Below, piece after piece: positions 1 to 12,000 of a stretch of DNA of 64,000 nucleotides (within the stretch, counting starts at the first letter, position 1; the number at the start of each line of letters is the position of its first letter). Position numbers and translations under genes: made by a program. Origin of the DNA: Auanema rhodensis (taxonomy: Eukaryota > Animalia > Nematoda); NCBI GenBank assembly GCA_964057225.1, contig OZ059899.1:682001-746000 (forward strand), read 5' to 3'. Under the pieces are notes generated by a model that had not been told where the DNA came from, did not search any database, and saw only the letters and a program-made list of their open reading frames with translations.

Positions 1-3000
1 TTTTGAAAACCGCATCTTTTTATCTTTCACGTGAAGCGAGTTACATACCAAGTGCACATCACGTGTACATTTAATTAGCATAAATTAAAGTTCACGTAAA
101 TTTCAAAATCATGGTTATCATGAATTAATATCAATAAAAATTTGTTTTTAGACTAATATGGACATGGGGATTCTAATTTTGAAACTCGCATCTCTTTATC
201 TTTCACGTGAAGCAAGTTACATACCAAGTGCACATCACGTGTACATTTAATTAGCATAAATTAAAGTTCACGTAAATTTCAAAGTCATGGTTACCATGCA
301 CCAATATCAATAAAAATTTGTTTTTAGACTAATATGGACATGGGGAATCTAATTTTGAAAACCGCATCTCTTTATCTTTCACGTGAAGCGAGTTACACAC
401 CAAGTGCACATCACGTGTACATTTAATTAGCATAAATTAAAGTTCACGTAAATTTCAAAGTCATGGTTACTATGAACCAATATCAATAAAAATTTGTTTT
501 TAGACTAATATGGACATGGGGAATCCAATTTTGAAAACCGCATCTCTTTATCTTTCACGTGAAGCGAGTTACATACCAAGTGCACATCACGTGTACATTT
601 AATTAGCATAAATTAAAGTTCACGTAAATTTCAAAGTCATGGTTACCATGCACCAATATCAATAAAAATTTGTTTTTAGACTAGTATGGACATGGGGAAT
701 CTGATTTTGAAAACCGCATCTCTTTATCTTTCACGTGAAGCGAGTTACATACCAAGTGCACATCACGTGTACATTTAATTAGCATAAATTAAAGTTCACG
801 TAAATTTCAAAATCATGGTTATCATGAATTAATATCAATAAAAAATTTGTTTTAAGACTAATATGGACATGGGGATTCTAATTTTGAAAACCGCATCTCT
901 TTATCTTTCACGTGAAGCGAGTTACATACCAAGTGCACATCACGTGTACATTTAATTAGCATAAATTAAAGTTCACCTAAATTTCAAAGTCATGGTTACC
1001 ATGAACCAATATCAATAAAAATTTGTTTTTAGACTAATATGGACATGGGGAATCTAATTTTGAATACCGCATCTCTTTATCTTTCACGTGAAGCGAGTTA
1101 CATACCAAGTGCACATCACGTGTACATTTAATTAGCATAAATTAAAGTTCACGTAAATTTCAAAATCATGGTTATCATGAATTAATATCAATAAAAATTT
1201 GTTTTTAGACTAATATGGACATGGGGATTCTAATTTTGAAACTCGCATCTCTTTATCTTTCACGTGAAGCGAGTTACATACCAAGTGCACATCACGTGTA
1301 CATTTAATTAGCATAAATTAAAGTGCACGTAAATTTCAAAGTCATGGTTACCATGAACCAATATCAATGAAAATTTGTTTTTAGACTAATATGGACATGA
1401 AGAATCTAATTTTGAAAACCGCATCTCTTTATCTTTCACGTGAAGCGAGTTACATACCAAGTGCACATCACGTGTACATTTAATTAGCATAAATTAAAGT
1501 TCACGTAAATTTCAAAATCATGGTTATCATGAATTAATATCAATAAAAATTTGTTTTTAGACTAATATGGACATGGGGATTCTAATTTTGAAAATCGCAT
1601 CTCTTTATCTTTCACGTGAAGCGAGTTACATACCAAGTGCACATCACGTGTACATTTAATTAGCATAAATTAAAGTGCACGTAAATTTCAAAGTCATGGT
1701 TACCATGAACCAATATCAATGAAAATTTGTTTGTAGACTAATATGGACATGGGGAATCTAATTTTGAAAACCGCATCTCTTTATCTTTCACGTGAAGCGA
1801 GTTACATACCAAGTGAACATCACGTGTACATTTAATTAGCATAAATTAAAGTTCACCTAAATTTCAAAGTCATGGTTACCATGAACCAATATCAATAAAA
1901 ATTTGTTTTTAGACTAATATGGACTAGGGGAATCTAATTTTGAAAACCGCATCTCTTTATCTTTCACGTGAAGCGAGTTACATACCAAGTGCACATCACG
2001 TGTACATTTAATTAGCATAAATTAAAGTGCACGTAAATTTCAAAGTCATGGTTACCATGAACCAATATCAATGAAAATTTGTTTGTAGACTAATATGGAC
2101 ATGGGGAATCTAATTTTGAAAACCGCATCTCTTTATCTTTCACGTGAAGCGAGTTACATACCAAGTGCACATCACGTGTACATTTAATTAGCATAAATTA
2201 AAGTGCACGTAAATTTCAAAGTCATGGTTACCATGAACCAATATCAATAAAAATTTGTTTTTAGACTAATATGGACATGGGGAATCTAATTTTGAAAACC
2301 GCATCTCTTTATCTTTCACGTGAAGCGAGTTACATACCAAGTGCACATCACGTGTACATTTAATTAGCATAAATTAAAGTTCACCTAAATTTCAAAGTCA
2401 TGGTTACCATGAACCAATATCAATAAAAATTTGGACATGGGGATTCTAATTTTGAAAACCGCATCTCTTTATCTTTCACGTGAAGCGAGTTACATACCAA
2501 GTGCACATCACGTGTACATTTAATTAGCATAAATTAAAGTGCACGTAAATTTCAAAGTCATGGTTACCATGAACCAATATCAATGAAAATTTGTTTGTAG
2601 ACTAATATGGACATGGGGAATCTAATTTTGAAAACCGCATCTCTTTATCTTTCACGTGAAGCGAGTTACATACCAAGTGCACATCACGTGTACATTTAAT
2701 TAGCATAAATTAAAGTTCACCTAAATTTCAAAGTCATGGTTACCATGAACCAATATTAATAAAAATTTGTTTTTAGACTAATATGGACTAGGGGAATCTA
2801 ATTTTGAAAACCGCATCTCTTTATCTTTCACGTGAAGCGAGTTACATACCAAGTGCACATCACGTGTACATTTAATTAGCATAAATTAAAGTTCACGTAA
2901 ATTTAAAAATCATGGTTACCATGAACCAATATCAATAAAAATTTGTTTTTAGACTAATATGGACATGGGGAATCTAATTTTGAAAACCGCATCTTTTTAT

Positions 3001-6000
3001 CTTTCACGTGAAGCGAGTTACATACCAAGTGCACATCACGTGTACATTTAATTAGCATAAATTAAAGTTCACGTAAATTTCAAAGTCATGGTTACCATGA
3101 ACCAATATCATAAAAAATTTGTTTTTAGACTAATATGGACATGGGGAATCTAATTTTGAAAACCGCATCTCTTTATCTTTCACGTGAAGCGAGTTACATA
3201 CCAAGTGCACATCACGTGTACATTTAATTAGCATAAATTAAAGTTCACGTAAATTTCAAAGTCATGGTTACCATGAACCAATATCAATAAAAATTTGTTT
3301 TTAGACTAATATGGACATGGGGAATCTAATTTTGAAAACCGCATCTCTTTATCTTTCACGTGAAGCGAGTTACATACCAATTTCACATCACGTGTACATT
3401 TAATTAGCATAAATTAAAGTTCACGTAAATTTCAAAGTCATGGTTACCATGCACCAATATCAATAAAAATTTGTTTTTAGACTAATATGGACATGGGGAA
3501 TCTAATTTTGAAAACCGCATCTCTTTATCTTTCACGTGAAGCGAGTTACATACCATGTGCACATCACGTGTACATTTAATTAGCATAAATTAAAGTTCAC
3601 GTAAATTTCAAAGTCATGGTTACCATGCACCAATATCAATAAAAATTTGTTTTCAGACTAATATGGACATGGGGAATCTAATTTTGAAAACCGCATCTCT
3701 TTAACTTTCACGTGAAGCGAGTTACATACCATGTGCACTTCACGTGTACATTTAATTAGCATAAATTAAAGTTCACGTAAATTTCAAAGTCATGGTTACC
3801 ATGCACCAATATCAATAAAAATTTGTTTTCAGACTAATATGGACATGGGGAATCTAATTTTGAAAACCGCATCTCTTTATCTTCCACGTGAAGCGAGTTA
3901 CATACCATGTGCACATCACGTGTACATTTAATTAGCATGAATTAAAGTTCACGTAAATTTCAAAGTCATGGTTACCATGAACCAATATCAATAAAAATTT
4001 GTTTTTAGACTAATATGGACATGGGGAATCTAATTTTGAAAACCGCATCTCTTTATCTTTCACGTGAAGCGAGTTACATACCATGTGCACATCACGTGTA
4101 CATTTAATTAGCATGAATTAAAGTTCACGTAAATTTCAAAGTCATGGTTACCATGAACCAATATCAATAAAAATTTGTTTTTAGACTAATATAGACATGG
4201 GGAATCTAATTTTGGAAACCGCATCTCTTTATCTTTCACGTGAAGCGAGTTACATACCATGTGCACATCACGTGTACATTTAATTAGCATGAATTAAAGT
4301 TCACGTAAATTTCAAAGTCATGGTTACCATGAACCAATATCAATAAAAATTTGTTTTTAGACTAATATGGACATGGGGAATCTAATTTTGAAAACCGCAT
4401 CTCTTTATCTTTCACGTGAAGCGAGTTACATACCATGTGCACATCACGTGTACATTTAATTAGCATAAATTAAAGTTCATCTAAATTTCAAAGTCATGGT
4501 TACCATGAACCAATATCAATAAAAATTTGTTTTTAGACTAATATGGACTAGGGGAATCTAATTTTGAAAACCGCATCTCTTTATCTTTCACGTGAAGCGA
4601 GTTACATACCAAGTGCACATCACGTGTACATTTAATTAGCATAAATTAAAGTGCACGTAAATTTCAAAGTCATGGTTACCATGAACCAATATCAATGAAA
4701 ATTTGTTTGTAGACTAATATGGACATGGGGAATCTAATTTTGAAAACCGCATCTCTTTATCTTTCACGTGAAGCGAGTTACATACCAAGTGCACATCACG
4801 TGTACATTTAATTAGCATAAATTAAAGTGCACGTAAATTTCAAAGTCATGGTTACCATGAACCAATATCAATAAAAATTTGTTTTTAGACTAATATGGAC
4901 ATGGGGAATCTAATTTTGAAAACCGCATCTCTTTATCTTTCACGTGAAGCGAGTTACATACCAAGTGCACATCACGTGTACATTTAATTAGCATAAATTA
5001 AAGTTCACCTAAATTTCAAAGTCATGGTTACCATGAACCAATATCAATAAAAATTTGGACATGGGGATTCTAATTTTGAAAACCGCATCTCTTTATCTTT
5101 CACGTGAAGCGAGTTACATACCAAGTGCACATCACGTGTACATTTAATTAGCATAAATTAAAGTGCACGTAAATTTCAAAGTCATGGTTACCATGAACCA
5201 ATATCAATGAAAATTTGTTTGTAGACTAATATGGACATGGGGAATCTAATTTTGAAAACCGCATCTCTTTATCTTTCACGTGAAGCGAGTTACATACCAA
5301 GTGCACATCACGTGTACATTTAATTAGCATAAATTAAAGTTCACCTAAATTTCAAAGTCATGGTTACCATGAACCAATATTAATAAAAATTTGTTTTTAG
5401 ACTAATATGGACTAGGGGAATCTAATTTTGAAAACCGCATCTCTTTATCTTTCACGTGAAGCGAGTTACATACCAAGTGCACATCACGTGTACATTTAAT
5501 TAGCATAAATTAAAGTTCACGTAAATTTAAAAATCATGGTTACCATGAACCAATATCAATAAAAATTTGGACATGGGGATTCTAATTTTGAAAACCGCAT
5601 CTCTTTATCTTTCACGTGAAGCGAGTTACATACCAAGTGCACATCACGTGTACATTTAATTAGCATAAATTAAAGTGCACGTAAATTTCAAAGTCATGGT
5701 TACCATGAACCAATATCAATGAAAATTTGTTTGTAGACTAATATGGACATGGGGAATCTAATTTTGAAAACCGCATCTCTTTATCTTTCACGTGAAGCGA
5801 GTTACATACCAAGTGCACATCACGTGTACATTTAATTAGCATAAATTAAAGTTCACCTAAATTTCAAAGTCATGGTTACCATGAACCAATATTAATAAAA
5901 ATTTGTTTTTAGACTAATATGGACTAGGGGAATCTAATTTTGAAAACCGCATCTCTTTATCTTTCACGTGAAGCGAGTTACATACCAAGTGCACATCACG

Positions 6001-9000
6001 TGTACATTTAATTAGCATAAATTAAAGTTCACGTAAATTTAAAAATCATGGTTACCATGAACCAATATCAATAAAAATTTGTTTTTAGACTAATATGGAC
6101 ATGGGGAATCTAATTTTGAAAACCGCATCTTTTTATCTTTCACGTGAAGCGAGTTACATACCAAGTGCACATCACGTGTACATTTAATTAGCATAAATTA
6201 AAGTTCACGTAAATTTCAAAGTCATGGTTACCATGAACCAATATCATAAAAAATTTGTTTTTAGACTAATATGGACATGGGGAATCTAATTTTGAAAACC
6301 GCATCTCTTTATCTTTCACGTGAAGCGAGTTACATACCAAGTGCACATCACGTGTACATTTAATTAGCATAAATTAAAGTGCACGTAAATTTCAAAGTCA
6401 TGGTTACCATGAACCAATATCAATAAAAATTTGTTTTTAGACTAATATGGACATGGGGAATCTAATTTTGAAAACCGCATCTCTTTATCTTTCACGTGAA
6501 GCGAGTTACATACCAAGTGCACATCACGTGTACATTTAATTAGCATGAATTAAAGTTCACGTAAATTTCAAAGTCATGGTTACCATGAACCAATATCAAT
6601 AAAAATTTGTTTTTAGACTAATATGGACATGGGGAATCTAATTTTGAAAACCGCATCTCTTTATCTTTCACGTGAAGCGAGTTACATACCATGTGCACAT
6701 CACGTGTACATTTAATTAGCATGAATTAAAGTTCACGTAAATTTCAAAGTCATGGTTACCATGAACCAATATCAATAAAAATTTGTTTTTAGACTAATAT
6801 GGACATGGGGAATCTAATTTTGAAAACCGCATCTCTTTATCTTTCACGTGAAGCGAGTTACATACCATGTGCACATCACGTGTACATTTAATTAGCATAA
6901 ATTAAAGTTCATCTAAATTTCAAAGTCATGGTTACCATGAACCAATATCAATAAAAATTTGTTTTTAGACTAATATGGACTAGGGGAATCTAATTTTGAA
7001 AACCGCATCTCTTTATCTTTCACGTGAAGCGAGTTACATACCAAGTGCACATCACGTGTACATTTAATTAGCATAAATTAAAGTGCACGTAAATTTCAAA
7101 GTCATGGTTACCATGAACCAATATCAATGAAAATTTGTTTGTAGACTAATATGGACATGGGGAATCTAATTTTGAAAACCGCATCTCTTTATCTTTCACG
7201 TGAAGCGAGTTACATACCAAGTGCACATCACGTGTACATTTAATTAGCATAAATTAAAGTGCACGTAAATTTCAAAGTCATGGTTACCATGAACCAATAT
7301 CAATAAAAATTTGTTTTTAGACTAATATGGACATGGGGAATCTAATTTTGAAAACCGCATCTCTTTATCTTTCACGTGAAGCGAGTTACATACCAAGTGC
7401 ACATCACGTGTACATTTAATTAGCATAAATTAAAGTTCACCTAAATTTCAAAGTCATGGTTACCATGAACCAATATCAATAAAAATTTGGACATGGGGAT
7501 TCTAATTTTGAAAACCGCATCTCTTTATCTTTCACGTGAAGCGAGTTACATACCAAGTGCACATCACGTGTACATTTAATTAGCATAAATTAAAGTGCAC
7601 GTAAATTTCAAAGTCATGGTTACCATGAACCAATATCAATGAAAATTTGTTTGTAGACTAATATGGACATGGGGAATCTAATTTTGAAAACCGCATCTCT
7701 TTATCTTTCACGTGAAGCGAGTTACATACCAAGTGCACATCACGTGTACATTTAATTAGCATAAATTAAAGTTCACCTAAATTTCAAAGTCATGGTTACC
7801 ATGAACCAATATTAATAAAAATTTGTTTTTAGACTAATATGGACTAGGGGAATCTAATTTTGAAAACCGCATCTCTTTATCTTTCACGTGAAGCGAGTTA
7901 CATACCAAGTGCACATCACGTGTACATTTAATTAGCATAAATTAAAGTTCACGTAAATTTAAAAATCATGGTTACCATGAACCAATATCAATAAAAATTT
8001 GGACATGGGGATTCTAATTTTGAAAACCGCATCTCTTTATCTTTCACGTGAAGCGAGTTACATACCAAGTGCACATCACGTGTACATTTAATTAGCATAA
8101 ATTAAAGTGCACGTAAATTTCAAAGTCATGGTTACCATGAACCAATATCAATGAAAATTTGTTTGTAGACTAATATGGACATGGGGAATCTAATTTTGAA
8201 AACCGCATCTCTTTATCTTTCACGTGAAGCGAGTTACATACCAAGTGCACATCACGTGTACATTTAATTAGCATAAATTAAAGTTCACCTAAATTTCAAA
8301 GTCATGGTTACCATGAACCAATATTAATAAAAATTTGTTTTTAGACTAATATGGACTAGGGGAATCTAATTTTGAAAACCGCATCTCTTTATCTTTCACG
8401 TGAAGCGAGTTACATACCAAGTGCACATCACGTGTACATTTAATTAGCATAAATTAAAGTTCACGTAAATTTAAAAATCATGGTTACCATGAACCAATAT
8501 CAATAAAAATTTGTTTTTAGACTAATATGGACATGGGGAATCTAATTTTGAAAACCGCATCTTTTTATCTTTCACGTGAAGCGAGTTACATACCAAGTGC
8601 ACATCACGTGTACATTTAATTAGCATAAATTAAAGTTCACGTAAATTTCAAAGTCATGGTTACCATGAACCAATATCATAAAAAATTTGTTTTTAGACTA
8701 ATATGGACATGGGGAATCTAATTTTGAAAACCGCATCTCTTTATCTTTCACGTGAAGCGAGTTACATACCAAGTGCACATCACGTGTACATTTAATTAGC
8801 ATAAATTAAAGTGCACGTAAATTTCAAAGTCATGGTTACCATGAACCAATATCAATAAAAATTTGTTTTTAGACTAATATGGACATGGGGAATCTAATTT
8901 TGAAAACCGCATCTCTTTATCTTTCACGTGAAGCGAGTTACATACCAAGTGCACATCACGTGTACATTTAATTAGCATAAATTAAAGTTCACCTAAATTT

Positions 9001-12000
9001 CAAAGTCATGGTTACCATGAACCAATATCAATAAAAATTTGGACATGGGGATTCTAATTTTGAAAACCGCATCTCTTTATCTTTCACGTGAAGCGAGTTA
9101 CATACCAAGTGCACATCACGTGTACATTTAATTAGCATAAATTAAAGTGCACGTAAATTTCAAAGTCATGGTTACCATGAACCAATATCAATGAAAATTT
9201 GTTTGTAGACTAATATGGACATGGGGAATCTAATTTTGAAAACCGCATCTCTTTATCTTTCACGTGAAGCGAGTTACATACCAAGTGCACATCACGTGTA
9301 CATTTAATTAGCATAAATTAAAGTTCACCTAAATTTCAAAGTCATGGTTACCATGAACCAATATTAATAAAAATTTGTTTTTAGACTAATATGGACTAGG
9401 GGAATCTAATTTTGAAAACCGCATCTCTTTATCTTTCACGTGAAGCGAGTTACATACCAAGTGCACATCACGTGTACATTTAATTAGCATAAATTAAAGT
9501 TCACGTAAATTTAAAAATCATGGTTACCATGAACCAATATCAATAAAAATTTGGACATGGGGATTCTAATTTTGAAAACCGCATCTCTTTATCTTTCACG
9601 TGAAGCGAGTTACATACCAAGTGCACATCACGTGTACATTTAATTAGCATAAATTAAAGTGCACGTAAATTTCAAAGTCATGGTTACCATGAACCAATAT
9701 CAATGAAAATTTGTTTGTAGACTAATATGGACATGCTAATTTTGAAAACCGCATCTCTTTATCTTTCACGTGAAGCGAGTTACATACCAAGTGCACATCA
9801 CGTGTACATTTAATTAGCATAAATTAAAGTTCACCTAAATTTCAAAGTCATGGTTACCATGAACCAATATTAATAAAAATTTGTTTTTAGACTAATATGG
9901 ACTAGGGGAATCTAATTTTGAAAACCGCATCTCTTTATCTTTCACGTGAAGCGAGTTACATACCAAGTGCACATCACGTGTACATTTAATTAGCATAAAT
10001 TAAAGTTCACGTAAATTTAAAAATCATGGTTACCATGAACCAATATCAATAAAAATTTGTTTTTAGACTAATATGGATATGGGGAATCTAATTTTGAAAA
10101 CCGCATCTTTTTATCTTTCACGTGAAGCGAGTTACATACCAAGTGCACATCACGTGTACATTTAATTAGCATAAATTAAAGTTCACGTAAATTTCAAAGT
10201 CATGGTTACCATGAACCAATATCATAAAAAATTTGTTTTTAGACTAATATGGACATGGGGAATCTAATTTTGAAAACCGCATCTCTTTATCTTTCACGTG
10301 AAGCGAGTTACATACCAAGTGCACATCACGTGTACATTTAATTAGCATAAATTAAAGTTCACGTAAATTTCAAAGTCATGGTTACCATGAACCAATATCA
10401 ATAAAAATTTGTTTTTAGACTAATATGGACATGGGGAATCTAATTTTGAAAACCGCATCTCTTTATCTTTCACGTGAAGCGAGTTACATACCAATTTCAC
10501 ATCACGTGTACATTTAATTAGCATAAATTAAAGTTCACGTAAATTTCAAAGTCATGGTTACCATGCACCAATATCAATAAAAATTTGTTTTTAGACTAAT
10601 ATGGACATGGGGAATCTAATTTTGAAAACCGCATCTCTTTATCTTTCACGTGAAGCGAGTTACATACCATGTGCACATCACGTGTACATTTAATTAGCAT
10701 AAATTAAAGTTCACGTAAATTTCAAAGTCATGGTTACCATGCACCAATATCAATAAAAATTTGTTTTCAGACTAATATGGACATGGGGAATCTAATTTTG
10801 AAAACCGCATCTCTTTATCTTTCACGTGAAGCGAGTTACATACCATGTGCACTTCACGTGTACATTTAATTAGCATAAATTAAAGTTCACGTAAATTTCA
10901 AAGTCATGGTTACCATGCACCAATATCAATAAAAATTTGTTTTCAGACTAATATGGACATGGGGAATCTAATTTTGAAAACCGCATCTCTTTATCTTCCA
11001 CGTGAAGCGAGTTACATACCATGTGCACATCACGTGTACATTTAATTAGCATGAATTAAAGTTCACGTAAATTTCAAAGTCATGGTTACCATGAACCAAT
11101 ATCAATAAAAATTTGTTTTTAGACTAATATGGACATGGGGAATCTAATTTTGAAAACCGCATCTCTTTATCTTTCACGTGAAGCGAGTTACATACCATGT
11201 GCACATCACGTGTACATTTAATTAGCATGAATTAAAGTTCACGTAAATTTCAAAGTCATGGTTACCATGAACCAATATCAATAAAAATTTGTTTTTAGAC
11301 TAATATAGACATGGGGAATCTAATTTTGGAAACCGCATCTCTTTATCTTTCACGTGAAGCGAGTTACATACCATGTGCACATCACGTGTACATTTAATTA
11401 GCATGAATTAAAGTTCACGTAAATTTCAAAGTCATGGTTACCATGAACTAATATCAATAAAAATTTGTTTTTATACTAATATGGACATGGGGAATCTAAT
11501 TTTGAAAACCGCATCTCTTTATCTTTCACGTGAAGCGAGTTACATACCATGTGCACATCACGTGTACATTTAATTAGCATAAATTAAAGTTCACCTAAAT
11601 TTCAAAGTCATGGTTACCATGAACCAATATCAATAAAAATTTGGACATGGGGATTCTAATTTTGAAAACCGCATCTCTTTATCTTTCACGTGAAGCGAGT
11701 TACATACCAAGTGCACATCACGTGTACATTTAATTAGCATAAATTAAAGTGCACGTAAATTTCAAAGTCATGGTTACCATGAACTAATATCAATAAAAAT
11801 TTGTTTTTAGACTAATATGGACATGGGGAATCTAATTTTGAAAACGGCATCTCTTTATCTTTCACGTGAAGCGAGTTACATACCATGTGCACATCACGTG
11901 TACATTTAATTAGCATGAATTAAAGTTCACGTAAATTTCAAAGTCATGGTTACCATGAACCAATATCAATAAAAATTTGTTTTTAGACTAATATAGACAT

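Noticed and set aside
133-138. AATAAA polyadenylation signal in each monomer
   Set aside because: This is expected by chance in AT-rich DNA, and there is no associated transcription unit.
1-176. CENP-B box
   Set aside because: There is no match to the TTCG....A..CGGG core on either strand.
1-176. Assignment to known 176-178-bp satellites (Brassica CentBr, Arabidopsis CEN178, honeybee AluI) on length alone
   Set aside because: Only the length matches. I recognise no sequence similarity and the HindIII/AluI sites are absent, so no family name is given.
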